From the NCBI GenBank assembly GCA_048013815.1, contig CM106586.1, positions 2,418,001 through 2,482,000 of the forward strand: a DNA stretch of 64,000 nt, in the 5' to 3' direction. The notes under the pieces were generated by a model. The model was not told the DNA's origin. It worked only from the letters and a program-made list of their open reading frames with translations, and searched no databases. A program made the translations under genes and the position numbers. This DNA is from Setoptus koraiensis (lineage: Eukaryota; Animalia; Arthropoda). Of the stretch, positions 26,604 through 40,619 are shown in pieces (the first letter of the stretch is position 1; the number at the start of each line of letters is the position of its first letter).

Positions 26604-29600
26604 TCAACTTGCACTTGAATAGGTTCTGTATTTGTGGAATAACTGCAGCAATGCTGATCAACAACAGGTGCCCGGCTGAATGAGAGTGGCGTGGCACGAC
26701 TTGTGGCTACTTTGCAGCTAAATATAAGTAGCTTAGATTAATTTATTGTAAACAGTGTACAATGCTTACACAGACACAATGTGTAGAAGTACAAATATCA
26801 TAATAATGGTATGTAAAAGTTTTCTTCTATCTATATTCATGTATTTATTTACCTCCTAATGTTGGAATGGCAGATCATATATGGTATTAATAATAGATTC
26901 AATTAATAAAAATTGTGATAATTTGTGTGTGCGTTGTATGTGTAAACAACAAGTGCTCGCCTGACGGTTTATTAATGGTGATGCATAGTATGTTATTGGA
27001 TTGACTCATCCCCATTGCTGGCTAGTCTTGTATCTAGAGCTTTAATCAGCTCGCTGCTAATCATGTCTTAGTGTCCAATGTCCAATTAACGATGTTTGGT
27101 AATGAATGTAAAATAAATTACAGCAAGACGGCAACAACAATAATAGTGATATATAAAACAAACACAAACAAAACACAACTCACGCTATTTGCCAAGTCAT
27201 TTTACACATTTGTGTGTAGCTATTTTTTTGATGAATACTGTACGCAAAAGTGGCGCACCATCAACAGTGGCAAGGGCAGTGGCAGCAGAGGCAGCAGTGT
27301 CTGCAGAAGAACGAAACAGACACATAGGCAGATCGGCGGGCTTACAGCAACATTAGTCATCTCAACTATATGGCAAAGTTTATTGCCCCGTTCCACTATT
27401 GCCCTCTCCCTCTCTCTCTCTCTCCCTCCCCGATCTCGATATGTTTTATTCTGCATGCGCTAATATAGGCTACAGTTGCGAACAGCCAGTGTACAGTATG
27501 TGTTCGCTCGGGCGGGGAAAAACTCTTTGGGTCAATATTTATTTAGTAAGCTGCCTCTGGCTTGACTTTATACTCCCGCCTCGCTCCTCCTGCCCCCTCT
27601 GTGTGCCGCATACCCCAAACTACCCACTGTTCGCTACCAACTGGCCATCGCTGAGACCTTCGGACCAAGACTGCTCGCCGCCACACTGCCCATCCTGTGC
27701 CTACCACAGTGTGTGCTGCTGCACTCGTAGACACTGTGTCCAGGATCCGGGCTACACAGTGAACCAATAGTATAAGCGTAGGTATCCATGCCATGCACAT
27801 TGTACAAGTTCCAATTGCAACTTGCCACTTGCAACGAAATCATGTTCCAGCGAATGACGAACAAACCAGGCTAAATAGCAACAGATGCTCAAGTTCATTG
27901 TGGCCATAACCACATTGACTTACAACTTCTTTCGTCGTTGCACATACGCACTTATCAATGTAACGCTGCACTAATATTCATCAGACTCGAAATAATAATT
28001 AATCTGCAAAATCTACAATTGACAGGCCATTCGTTTCAATGGGCATATTTGTGTCGAGTGGGCGAATTTACCCTTTAGGCTCTTAACCAGAGCAACAACA
28101 AAAAAATCTAGATCTCTCAAAGTGATTACATCCCATGTGGGTGTAATCACATGTCCATCAGGGAAAGGTACACGCAAAAACAAAATCTAGCGAGGCATAA
28201 GGATCACGAGACAAAATACATTTGTGTTGCACTCTCGGTGGAATAATGACTCGAAACGGACTCAAATGAATAACCAAGCCATACAGATAAATAGATATAC
28301 ATTTTATTTATAGTTCCCACGGATGATCCATAACCATTTTGTGCAGTTTTGTTATTACAAGATACTACTCTACTCATATGGACACACAATCAACCAGTGG
28401 GCAAGACTTTAAAACTTTCGAGAATTGTTATCGTTTTCGATGACACTGTCCGGTGTAAATTGATCACATAATCGTCCTTGTATGTGCCTGATTACTAACT
28501 CATTGTCGAGTCCATGATGGATTCTCTGTTGGAATTTCCCTACCTATCAGTATCACCACGAAACCCTATCACTCTGTTCACTGTTGAAGCGCCTCAAATA
28601 CTTACTCCAAAAACTGCTTAGCTATACTCATCGCTCTTGCTAGGAGGTCATGAGGAGAGTTTCTCTATGGATAACCAACTGCTCTTCTGAACTATGCCTT
28701 CAATTTCATCTTTCAAATAACTTGAAACTTTTCGATACATTATTAGATTCGCAGTCATTGTGAGAAGAACTGATAGAATATCTTGCGAGCGCCTCCTCAA
28801 GTCTTACGGAGATAACAAGCTCTCTCAGTCGAGTGATCATTTCTTTAGCAGGAAAACTAAAGCCCCATGATATTCAGATTGAGCATCTAGGCTCCCTTTC
28901 TCTTTTGGGGGCAGTTATTGTAGACTCACGTAGATTAGTCCTCGAATATACAAACCCATTTTGGTCTCTCTGAGGTCTAATACTTCACATCTACATACCA
29001 AGTCAACTAATTGTGAAAACTTGATTGTCAAACTAGTCAAGTCGATTTCACGATTGAAATTCAGTGTTTTCTTTTCCATTACACTCGCTTGCATCACTGT
29101 ACATCGGCTCGAGTGTATCACTAAACTGCACTTAATTCACTTCACATGGCTAGAGGAAGCATTTCGTCTCACATCGAATCTGTTTTGTTATGTTATAATG
29201 AACAAAAGCGACCCCTCCAGTGAAAAGTTCACACTAGGCGAGTGAATTGGTTTTTCGCTCACACATACACAGTTATTTTCGTGTTGCGCAACTTTTTGTT
29301 TCGTTGTTAGGATTCGATTGAGTGTGCTCTAAAGTTGGCAGACATGTTAATTTTACGACGTAATTTGCCGAAGTGATCAGTGTGTCGTTGCTAATATCAG
29401 AGATTTTTCCAAAGAAACTACACCATTCTGTTGCTTGTTATTACATGCATTGCCTAACTTGAACAACAAGGTAGTGTAGCTGGGCATCGTCATGTGGTTG
29501 TTAGGTGATTTGGTGTAAGGTTGGTTGTGGGCAACCCGTAATCAGTAGATAGCAGCGATGGAACAACACGAGTGACTATATATGGAGATAGAGCAGACAA

Positions 29601-30916
29601 TATGGCACTGTCTGTTGATGTGTAATATCCTGCCTACAGACAATGAGCGAAGGAACTGGAATCAATTTTTTGAACAGTGACAGCATAGATTGGTCAGCAC
29701 AATGGCCGCACTGTCTGTTGGAGCTGAGAACAAGAAAGCATGACACAAGCACTAACTGACACATGGCCTGGCGATGGAGTGCGTAACGATGACTGCGTTG
29801 CCAATTTGGCGCCGTCCATTTGCAATAAATAGACGCAGACACGGCCAGCATGAATAATGCAGGCTGTGAATATCGTCGCCACTTGTCGCCACATATTTGA
29901 CGTCTTGTAGACTTTACAAAGCTGGCATGCATTTGCGTTGCAATACACTGCTAGCATATACTGCATTACGTTTGAAGCGCACACACACACACACAATCAA
30001 TTCCAAAGGGTGTTCTCCATGCGTAATCTTGAGTAGCGCAGATACTTTCAAAATGGGACGTTTCACTTTAATGTGTGTAAAGTTGCACAATTGTTGATTT
30101 CGTAGGCGCTATCAAGACAAACGGCACACGAATTTAGCGTCTGTTCCTGATGTTACTATTCAACGTTAAAGCATTTACAGCATGTTATAATGGGAATGTT
30201 CGTTTGGCAGTGCCCTAATAGTCACAGTTGGTTTGCGTGTGCCGGCACAAGACAACATTCGCACACGGATACTGAGCACAACCACATGGAATGCATTGTG
30301 AAAGGCGTGTGTGCAGCAGTTCTGTGTGTCCATGTAGCTTGATTTTTTCTTCTATTTCGTTGAAACATTCTTTACACATTGAGTGTGTGTGTGTGTGTGT
30401 ATGCCTTTCACTTCACACAAGTGAATCACTACGAGATAGACGGGACGCGAAAAAGAAAGGCAATACTGGATTATAATCGTCATTATTATTATACAATACA
30501 ATATTATTAAATAATATCATCATTTTTATCATTTGTACACCATCATTGGATCATTGGCTGTAGTACAGTATAGTTGTACTGCTGTTGTAACACAGATTAC
30601 ATCGCTAAGAAGGAATAGGATAGAGAGTAGGATATATTATCTCATGCTCATCTTGGTGTTCTGATTATTTCATCATCATCATCATCATCTAAAATCGCCA
30701 TCATCAACCAAACTCGTGATCCAAAAGATTCGATTCAATTCGATCTGATTTGATTTGATCTGTCCTGATACCATCACACATTTCATCTGATCAATGTTGC
30801 ATTGGACAATTTACATACTTCAAATAATCTATATCATTTAAGGACACCCTACAACCATTATTACTACAAGTAGCAACAACAACCGATGATGCATCAATAA
30901 CGCAACCACAAATACT

Positions 30917-30917
30917 T

Positions 30918-30950
<33 letters not shown>

Positions 30951-31024
30951 TATATACGTATATATATATACATATATAAATATATATATATGCATACATG
31001 TGTGTGTGTGTGTGTATGTATATA
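30917..31024. repeat. Compound microsatellite (TACA)n-(TA)n-(TG)n upstream of Max
   Basis: Read directly. Confidence 0.9.
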
Positions 31025-31431
31025 CATGATGACCCACTGCTACTACCACTAGATCATTTCCAAATATCTCTATTACTCAATTACTAAGGCCATTGGTCAC
31101 CACTGGATAAGACTATTCTTCCCAAATTCTCTATTGATATTATATTAACCAATACCACCAACAAACTGGAAACTTGCATATAAAAAGATTGAATTTCAAG
31201 TGTGCTAAATAACGCCTCTCATAACTGAGCAGCCATCATTACCTACCTTTTACCTAGCTACTACTCTCCACTAGCCTCTATAGATATTGTTGACCTCTGT
31301 CTCTCTCATTAGTATAATATAATCTCAAGATTATAACTACAAAGAGGCATTAACAACGATACATACATACAACTAATACTGATCGTCATCTTCGATATTG
31401 GTCGTTCAGCAACACAAAATACAAATACATT

Positions 31432-31824
31432 ATGTCCGACTTTGATGATGATAACAATGTGGATTTCGACAGTGAGGATGATGACGAATCCATGCAATCT
31501 ACCCCATCGAGTAGAAACAGATCTCATGGGCCAAAGGGGGACAACAAACGAGATCATCACAATGCGTTAGAAAGAAGGAGGAGAGACTTGATTAAGGACT
31601 CGTTCTGTAAATTAAGAGATGTTGTACCATCTCTTCAAGGTGAGAAAGCTTCAAGGGCACAAATATTAAAGAAAGCAGCTGAATACATTCAGGTAATGCG
31701 AAAAAAGAACGCAAGCCATCAAACTGATATAGACGAGTTAAGAAAGTTGAACAAAATGTTAGAAGAGCAAATCATGCTTGCTATCAAAGAAGACAATGTT
31801 GTTTCTCAAGTGGAAATCAATTAA
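31432..31824 (+). CDS. Max: Max bHLH-leucine zipper transcription factor, intronless
   Basis: Acidic N-terminus [16 protein letters not shown]; basic region [20 protein letters not shown]; [19 protein letters not shown]; zipper [15 protein letters not shown]. Confidence 0.95.
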   Translation: MSDFDDDNNVDFDSEDDDESMQSTPSSRNRSHGPKGDNKRDHHNALERRRRDLIKDSFCKLRDVVPSLQGEKASRAQILKKAAEYIQVMRKKNASHQTDIDELRKLNKMLEEQIMLAIKEDNVVSQVEIN

Positions 31825-32026
31825 CATCTTTATTATCATAAAATATAATAATTACATTATACATATATATATACATACAAACAAACAAACAAACATTACT
31901 ACCAAATATTCATTATTGAGCTAGTTTGTTCGTCTTCAAACAAATCTATCCAACAGAAGATAACTTACTCATATTATTATCAATATTATTATTTGAGTGG
32001 TCTTGAAGCAGTTGTAATGGGCTATA

Positions 32027-34753
32027 TCAGTTGTTACCACCACTGCTACTGCTGCTACTACTGATTGATGCTAATGTTTGATTATAATGCTGAAATGTCC
32101 ACCTTTGTGCATCATTGTGCGGATGACAATCGGACATCTTTAGTTTTATCCTATCTCCAGCCAATTCCATACACATTCCACTAGTACTATGTCTGATATG
32201 TTGAGACTCTTGATCGTAATACCACAATTGATTACCGCCCGAACCATGACAAGGAAAAAGTATAACGTTCTGGCCTGCATAGTCTACACAAGCCTCGTCT
32301 CTCCTTATCTCGCCTTCTTTACTCAATAGCCAATACTGGTTACCGCCAGCCCCGTGGCAAGGATACACTCCCAATGGCTTGTGCATTTCGCTTTTTCGTG
32401 CCGGCGAGTCAAGGCACATTTTAATATCACCATGCGCCTCGTTGCGTACCTCACCATAAGCGACCGCTTCTCCGGGAATGAATAGTTCAGGATAGATCTC
32501 TTTCACAAAATATGAGAATGGCTTGCACTGTAGCTCTTGTCTTAACTTAATACGCTCACTGACATCACCAAAATCACCTAAATCATGGCCGATTCTGTCA
32601 TAGTAGTACTTCTTGTATTCGTCCATCCAAACTTCCGCCAGACGAACGCTATTGCGTTTGAGAACATTAACACCCGTGCGCCACTTGTATGGTGATCTCG
32701 ATCTAAATATATGTCCTACATGCGAGCATGGGATTATTTCAAGACTCCCACCGCACATCCACGTTTTGAATGAAAGCTCAAGATTTTCTCCGCCCCAAAT
32801 GTCGAAACCACTATCATAAGTTCCTAATTTCTCAAAGAAGGCCTTGTCTATACTGAAGAGACCGCCAGCCATAGTTGGTGATCTCACAGGCTCATAGGGG
32901 TGTGCTCTACGTTTTCTTTCTCTATCCGGTATAGAGTGCCAATTAAATTGAAGATTCCAATCGAAACCGCCCACGTTTATCGCGCTCGCGTCGCCTCTAT
33001 ACTGATACTCAAATGTTTTGTCATTTATGACATCTATCACGGGACAGACCACCGTGTGAGGGTCCTTTTGTATCCTTGTCAGTAGAGGCTCCAGCCATCC
33101 CTCGGCACATTCACAATGCGAATCCAAAAATGTCAACACTGGAGCAGTGGCGGCTTTGGCACCAAGAAGACGCGCTCTAATTAGCCCCTCTCTTTTTTTG
33201 GCACGAACTATTTTGACTATCTCCAAAGGTTTCACGTAGTTCTCCAATTGTTCTCCCAGATGGGGCTTGTTGGAAAAATCATCCACCAGAACTATCTCTT
33301 TGACGAGACGCTTCGGCGATCTATTTATAATTGAGTGTACAGTTCTCAATAACACGGACCAGGCTTCATTGTGGAAACATATAATAACACTTGTTGCTGG
33401 CAAATCTGTCGGGTTGGGATATTTCAGCGATTTACAGCTAGGATCCCTGACATCGGGCAGTGTGCGATTAAATGAAATCAAATCGCTTACATACTGATTG
33501 AAGGCATTGTTCTCCCAGCCAACATTAACAACATCCTGTTGTTCTTTGGTGAGATTCTTGAGCACTACAGGTCGGCCCATTTCTCCCGGGCCGCTTGGAT
33601 TGCTGGGTGGCGGTATGACGGCCGCATCCTGTCGATCGTCCTGTTCATCTTGTAACTCCTCCTCTTTAGTCTTCATTGCAACAATTTTATTCTTGTTTTT
33701 TAAGATATCCGCTTGCTTGAACAAATCTTTGTTTTTGTTGTTGAGCCTCGATTTGACCACTTGCATGAGTACGCCATCTTCACCTCTAGAATCATTGAGT
33801 GACGATTCAAATGATACAGATTCCTTGTTGTTGCTGTTTTCAGATGAGCGTATTTGGCTTTCGTCCATGGAATCGATGTTAGAATCGCCTCCTCGGTAAT
33901 AACTATTATCCTTGAGTGTGTTTGATGGTTCTCCGCTTATAATAACTACATTCTCACTGTTACTATTATGTTTGTTCGGAGCTTGTAGAGATTCCAATCT
34001 ATTGTTTGATAGTCGTTGTTGATGTCGGTTTATTTGTCGAATTTTATTATTCAATCTCATCAAATAAGCTGAATCAATGGCTGATGGAACATTCTGCTGG
34101 TCACCGATAGATTGTTCATCTTGCTGCTTGGCCGCTGAACTATCCAATAAATCACCATCAGATGTTAGATCATAGGAATTTGCATTTGAGTGTTTTGGTT
34201 GCTGGTGTTTCCAGTAACGCTCCTGTTGTTGGTTAAGTAGTCTATATATGGTATCTCGGTTTCTAATTGGCACTGCTTGATAATGTTGGCCCACTAGTTT
34301 CGGTGCAACGTTATCTTCAGCTGCATCAACATTGTTCCCGTTGCTAGATTCTATCACTAGATCATTATAACTATTTAATAGTTGATTGTCTACCGATTGC
34401 CTATTCACATAACCAGAGGGTACATTATAATTAGACAAAGATCTATTGATATCTGCCGAATAATTAATTATATCACTATTTGTATTTAGGTGATGCCTAT
34501 TGTTGTTGTTGATATGCTGTAAAGATTTCATATAAATCAATCTTTGATTAGTAGGGTCCAAAATGTCGCCTGCAGTGTCTCCGTCATTGTTATCCGCTGA
34601 TAATATTTGTGCTGCGGAACTCAATTGCTGCTGTGGCTGAGGCTGATAATTAATTACTGAGAATTGATAATAAATACTGGTCACTATCAATGCTGCGAAT
34701 GTTATAAATATTAATATCTTGAGCAGTTGACTTTTCCTCCTTGGAAGTAACAT
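32027..34753 (-). CDS. Polypeptide N-acetylgalactosaminyltransferase (GT27; pgant9/gly-5-like), intronless
   Basis: Type II anchor, long stem, GPGEMGRPV, SVIICFHNEAWSVLLRTVHS, DSHCE (DxH), SPTMAGGLF, DIWGGENLELSF, C-terminal ricin lectin with CHGAGGNQ/CHGSGGNQ. Confidence 0.96.
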   Translation of the reverse strand: MLLPRRKSQLLKILIFITFAALIVTSIYYQFSVINYQPQPQQQLSSAAQILSADNNDGDTAGDILDPTNQRLIYMKSLQHINNNNRHHLNTNSDIINYSADINRSLSNYNVPSGYVNRQSVDNQLLNSYNDLVIESSNGNNVDAAEDNVAPKLVGQHYQAVPIRNRDTIYRLLNQQQERYWKHQQPKHSNANSYDLTSDGDLLDSSAAKQQDEQSIGDQQNVPSAIDSAYLMRLNNKIRQINRHQQRLSNNRLESLQAPNKHNSNSENVVIISGEPSNTLKDNSYYRGGDSNIDSMDESQIRSSENSNNKESVSFESSLNDSRGEDGVLMQVVKSRLNNKNKDLFKQADILKNKNKIVAMKTKEEELQDEQDDRQDAAVIPPPSNPSGPGEMGRPVVLKNLTKEQQDVVNVGWENNAFNQYVSDLISFNRTLPDVRDPSCKSLKYPNPTDLPATSVIICFHNEAWSVLLRTVHSIINRSPKRLVKEIVLVDDFSNKPHLGEQLENYVKPLEIVKIVRAKKREGLIRARLLGAKAATAPVLTFLDSHCECAEGWLEPLLTRIQKDPHTVVCPVIDVINDKTFEYQYRGDASAINVGGFDWNLQFNWHSIPDRERKRRAHPYEPVRSPTMAGGLFSIDKAFFEKLGTYDSGFDIWGGENLELSFKTWMCGGSLEIIPCSHVGHIFRSRSPYKWRTGVNVLKRNSVRLAEVWMDEYKKYYYDRIGHDLGDFGDVSERIKLRQELQCKPFSYFVKEIYPELFIPGEAVAYGEVRNEAHGDIKMCLDSPARKSEMHKPLGVYPCHGAGGNQYWLLSKEGEIRRDEACVDYAGQNVILFPCHGSGGNQLWYYDQESQHIRHSTSGMCMELAGDRIKLKMSDCHPHNDAQRWTFQHYNQTLASISSSSSSSGGNN

Positions 34754-37700
34754 CTCTGAATGAAAACGTTTCGCTGTAGCAAATGGTTACGAAAATGAAT
34801 ATGAATAGTGATAACAATTTAGTGTATCCGGTTTGTGTCGCAACAGTAATTTGTTGTATGAATTGGTCATATTGGTCACAATGGCCAGACAAATGATGAT
34901 GATTGGGCAATTGTTCACTAATTAGATTATGATGATTAACCAGAGACAATGTTGCATAAATAGTGGTGGGTGCATGTCGGCAATAGTATGGTGGGCATGT
35001 AAATGTTTTGGTGGATATTGATAGGTAGATATTTGTTTGTTTGAGCGAGAATGCATTGTTGTTGATGTTGAATTCATTCATTTAGTTCGTACAACGATAT
35101 CACATAGTCGAATTGATACGTCGCCGCGATCGGTGGAGTATCGGTGTGGAATTTGGAAATTGGTTTGATTGCGAGTTCGCGAAATCGCATTATGTTAATG
35201 ACGATGCAGATAGGGAAAAGTCGAAGATAGCATAGAATAGAGAAAGAAGATTATGATTAGTTGTGAGCTGCAGTAAACATTAAGAGTCACTTGTTATTTG
35301 TGTGTATTTGATTTCTCTCTTTCTCTGTCGCTGTCTCTCTCTATCTCTTTCTCTGTCTGTTTCTCTTAAGATTATCGCAATATACATAATTATCTAGCCA
35401 TGGCAGCAGCTATTGGCATAAGTAGCTGGCAGCATTAATAATGAGCTGAGCTGTAGCAGTAGCTGGTTCGATAGCTGCTGGAGCAGGTGGATATTAATAA
35501 TGCGAAGATGATATTTGCACATGAGTGCCTCTTCTTTTGAATAATATTCACAATAGTAGTATTATGTTCGTTGGCTCTGTCGCTGCCGTCGCCACTACCT
35601 TCTGCTATTTTTAATTATTTTTATTCTCATTCCCATTACTAGCCCTCGTTGTCTTTGTGTAGCTACTGGTAGTCGACACTACCACTATTATCGTAATGCA
35701 TCGACCTCTCAATGTAGCTCTGCAAATAGCTAACCAAATCAACTTTGCATAGCAGCGAGTTCATCAATTACTAGTATTACCATACAACAGTGGCATTTGT
35801 ATAAATTGAATTGATCTTAAGACTAATACTGCTACTACTACCACCAGCACCTATCTTGATACTATTTCTGTATATCTTATGTACCTGCTAATCACAATGG
35901 GTGAATGAATGTGCGCGCGTTTCGTGACGCGTGACGTAATTTACATATAGCACCACCGATATAGGTGGACTATTGCTGATAACTAACAGTAATAATGATA
36001 ATAACACCACTAATAAAGTATCACAGTAACAATAATAATACCATTATCATTATTACTATTATTCTGCTTATTATCTATATGATAACAATGATGACGAAGA
36101 TGATGATGATGATGAGCACCGTATGACTACTTTGTTATACGGCTAGCCAAATAAAAGTTGCAACGAGTAGCAGGTGTATGCATTGGAAACTAATTAACTC
36201 ATAATGAAAATAACCTAGACAGCCTACAAGATTTGAGTGGTGGCCGCTCATTACTAACAAGGGTAATTAATTGATTAAGCATACACGTTGGTGCCTACAC
36301 AAACTCGATTCTATCTCTTAATTGATCTTTGGGAAACAATACAAAACAATATAAAACAGCAGCAGACGGGGATGTGTAAGGTTACGACAAGAGAGGAATC
36401 AGGATATGCAAAAACAAAGATATATAGAATGAGTTTTGAATAACAGTAATAACAACAACAACAACGTGATTTATCATCATCATGCCAATATCTAATCCAA
36501 CAGTCGTAAGGCTTTTACGAGTTGGCGATGTTGTTGTCGTTGTTGTTGGTGGTGTTTTTATTGTTGTTTCGTTGTCATAAAAGAGATTGTTTTACTACTG
36601 GTGATATTGTGGCGGTGATTCGGTCATCGCACATGCAATAGACTAATCTGAAAGTCGTCTAGACTGATTGCAATAATTGCTCTATATAAGCAGAAAACTT
36701 TTGGCCTTTCCTTATTCTGTTATTTAGCTCTCTTTGCCAGTTGGTCACTTGATATGTATAACACTCCGTACATTTGACAGTTGTTTGTCAAGTATATGTG
36801 TGTGTGCGCGCGCGCGACATAATTAACTAGTTACGTAATAACAAGCGTAATCATGGGCACAGTTGAGGTTGTAATTACAATATGTATATTAGACTTATAC
36901 ATCAAAATGAGCATACATACAACACATGGTTAGTTGCATCATCACAAGTGGAAGCAGCAGCGGCGACATGTGTGTAATTACCATTGACATTAATACATAT
37001 AAGGACGCAGAAGGAGAGATACTTTTGTTGGTAGGCATGTAGGGCGAGAAAAAACAACAACATTCGTTGGAACAAACAATTAAAAAGGCAACATCATCAT
37101 GGTGATTGTGTGGTTGTCGTCGATAATGCTGGATATCATATCATGGTTAGTTGTTTGAAGTTCAAACTTTTGAAATTGGTCGTCGCCGTTGTTGTAGTTG
37201 TTTTGAGAAACTCTGCCAGAGTTACTGGCAATCTATTATTGGTAGTGTATGTGTGTTTAAGAGGAAGCAAATGGCCATCAGAGAAGGAGAGGAAAAAAAC
37301 TGTTTGCTGTCGGCGATTGTTAAATAACAATGGTTTTAGTTGCAATTGTCGCCACTGATGCGACAAACGAAACCCGCTGGCCATTGTTTTTGCAAGCTAC
37401 ACACATTTATAGTTTGTTTTAGCTACAGTTTTATTAATAGGGTTCGAAACATACAGTCGACTTGAATAACAAGTACACTTAAACTCATTCAGTATAATGG
37501 TATCATCGTTTCGAAGATCAAATTCGTTAGCCTAATTGTAATAATGGAACCCATTATTTTTGTCCTCAATATAGCAATTTGTTGTTTGTGTTGAGCAATA
37601 TAGTGCAGTGCACAGTTGACTAACTACACAGACTTTCACGAAGACTGTTAAACTATTCATCATGGTCGCCATTGATAGGCAGCCTGATGATCAAGTGTAT

Positions 37701-40586
37701 CGCAAATGAGCCATTGATTGACTTGGGTGATCTTGTTTGTCTAAACAACGATGACAAAGACAATAATAACTAGGTTACTCAATTGTGCAATATGGTGTCA
37801 TAATGGCGATGTGCCACAATGATAACAACACAGTCATGATGAAACAAATAATAGCACCGTCTGTCTTGTGCCCAATCGTGAGACGAGGCGTTGTTTGTTA
37901 TTGTCTAAATGATACCCGATAATGAGGCCAAACCGACACAATACAGACAATACAACAGCCAGCAGGTGTCGTGTTGTTGGGGCTGTTTTTGTGAGACAGA
38001 TGTTTGGCTGACAATTGTGAGGTGACAATAGGATTAGAAGGATGCGGGGACTAGCGGCGACCAGAAGTCTGGCAAGACTCGTGCGCTCGCCGCATTTCTG
38101 GTCAGACCAGAAATGCGTTCGAATAGCGCGCCCGGCAGCAACGCATGCGCGTGCATGGGACTGGTCGTCTGTCTGGCCGGCTGAAACGCCTGCGGACAAT
38201 GGAAATAGACGCACGCACAAACTGGACAACAACAACAACAACAAAAACAACAACAACAACTGGTCATCGCTGTTTGTTGCTGGTTCATCGATTGTTGCTG
38301 GTCACCGGTTGAAACTGTTGACAATGGTGAAATATCGATAAGGAGGGTGCTGCAGCACGATGATAATCGCACATTAACCGATAATCTGTGATGATTGCGC
38401 TGCCTGTCGGTCTGTTGGAATTGGTGGCTTTGGACGAGACGACTTACCCAGTGACACTCGATTGGGGACCCGTTTTTTTCTGCGCGTGTGTGTGTGTGTT
38501 TGTAAATCAATCAATCGATAATAAATGGGCTTTCTGATTGTGAGTGTTGTGGACCTGTTGACACATTATACGTGGTTGCGTTTGATTTGATTTTGCTTGC
38601 TGTTTGTTGGCATTTGCACGATTGATGTTCGATGTTGGTTGGCTGGCGTGATGAATGCGATCAACTTTTGAGCATCGATGATTGGGTGTGTGTGTATTGG
38701 ATAATGACAATTAGTGTGTGACGCGATTGTCTTTACGTAACTATTGGCCGCGTCTCATGGTCAGTGTGTGATGTTGTCTTGCAGTGTGTTGTGTGTGGCA
38801 TTGGCGAGGATAACAAAATGAACGAAATGAGAGTTGAGCGCAACTGCAGCGGCCACTCGACGATGTGAGCAACAATAAATAGCTAGTGTAACTGGTGGTC
38901 AAGTGTACGATACAAGAGTGCTGATTCTGTATAGTAAAGAATGATATTCACACACACACTCACACAGTCACTGACACACGCAGAGCGAAATATTCACAAA
39001 TCAGAGATCGCCGATGGAAATCAGTGCTCGTTTGCTGTGCTCGCTGCTCACTGATCACACACTGGGCCTTGCGTGAACGATAACTGTTGTCAACTGCTCA
39101 CGCTGTATATTCGCCTGTGGATACTTGTGAGTGTGCGCAGCGAATTGCGCACAGTGCGTAAGTGAGCGCAGTTTTGGCTCACAAGTGAGCAAATTTCTAG
39201 CGATACAGCAAAGAAGCAGCTTGTTGTGTGTGTTGAAATGCCAATGGTGCTGACGGCATTCAAACAACTGACAAGGTGACTTTTTATTATACCTGCGAGC
39301 TTGCACCTGTCTGCTCATCGGTTGCTATGGCATTGACTGGTCCATTGGCCGATACTGCTTCTGGGCTGCGCAGCTCTGGCTACGAGGCAAAAAGTGGTTT
39401 TGCGCGACTCGCCCATTCACCTGTTCGCTCGTCTTCGTCTTGGTCGCTTCATTCTGCGCTCCTTCGCTTCTCGGCTTCTTCGTCGCTTGGCTTATGCGTG
39501 GCCGGCCGATGCCGACGCCAGCATCGGTGATAATTTTCGATAGGCAGCGCCGGCCATTCTCACAATTCTCGAATGTTGCGGACCGACGCCGAACGTTGGC
39601 GACTGTCGCCAGCATCGTCTATCGCCAGCGTCCATCTGTGGCCCGGGTCGCACTGGCCGGCGCATTCGAGCGCCATGACACGATCGCCTAGACTCTGCAT
39701 GCCATAGAGAGAGAGCGCAACAAATCGAACGAATATGCGCTCGAATAGGATCTTGCCAGCGGCCAATAACTCACCGTCAGTCGGCCGCATAATGTGTGTG
39801 CGATATGAGCGTGCCCAGTGTCAGGCCAGTGCCCATGCAATATCTGGCCATCTCTCGGTATCTGGCTGCATGCTGCACCATAGACTGAAGTGCGCAAAAT
39901 TGTGCAAAATTGCGAGCTGCCCATTGCTGTCATGTCACACGGCGACGTCAAACTGGCTTCAGTTTGACGTTGCTTCAGTTTGGTGTTGGCTCAGTTTGGC
40001 GTTGCCTCAGTTTGACGCTGCCGTGTGACAGACGAATGGAGTGAGCTGTTGTTGTCGGTGGCGCATGGACGGCGACAACAGCGATACTTGGATGCTGCAC
40101 TTTTTGCACACTCAACCGAGAGAGCCAGTTGTGTGGCAAGGCAGCATCGTCATCTTTGCGGCTAGCCAAGTGGTCCGCTATTGCCCGACAACCACAACTG
40201 GCCATCGCAACGCTGTCAACGACAACATTCAACAAACACCGCCAGCCAGGCCAAGGTGAGCTTGCTGTTGTTTCATCATTATTATCATTATTATTATTGC
40301 GGCGTTACTAGCGCCACTAGTTGGTGGCAGTTGGCACAATTTGGGCCGCAATGCGCCCGACTGTTTGTGGCTGCGCAACGCAATGCGCCACAATGCGCCA
40401 CTCGGCCAATATTCATGTGTGGATATGGCCGTCACATTCATGGCTGGCGTGTCTGCAGACTGTGTAATCTACAAACTGTAGACCATTTTAGACATGTAGT
40501 GTGGCATGGCATATTGGATATTACATAATACACAATATTATATATACAATATGTGTAGCATTAATATGTATTGGAGCTAATCCAGT

Positions 40587-40615
<29 letters not shown>
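40587..40615. repeat. (TG)n microsatellite
   Basis: Read directly. Confidence 0.9.

Positions 40616-40619
<4 letters not shown>

Noticed and set aside
27543-27864. GC-rich island with coding-like codon pattern (AAYPKLPTVRYQLAIAETFGPRLL on +)
   Set aside because: No start codon or usable splice sites, and no recognisable homology; cannot support a gene or horizontal transfer.
28440-29245. Stop-interrupted coding-like sequence on the minus strand
   Set aside because: Possibly a decayed gene, but I could not assign it or build a consistent model.
34650-35081. 143-aa minus-strand ORF overlapping the GalNAc-T start (possible uORF)
   Set aside because: No homology, and a good splice acceptor near 34775 suggests most of it is intronic.
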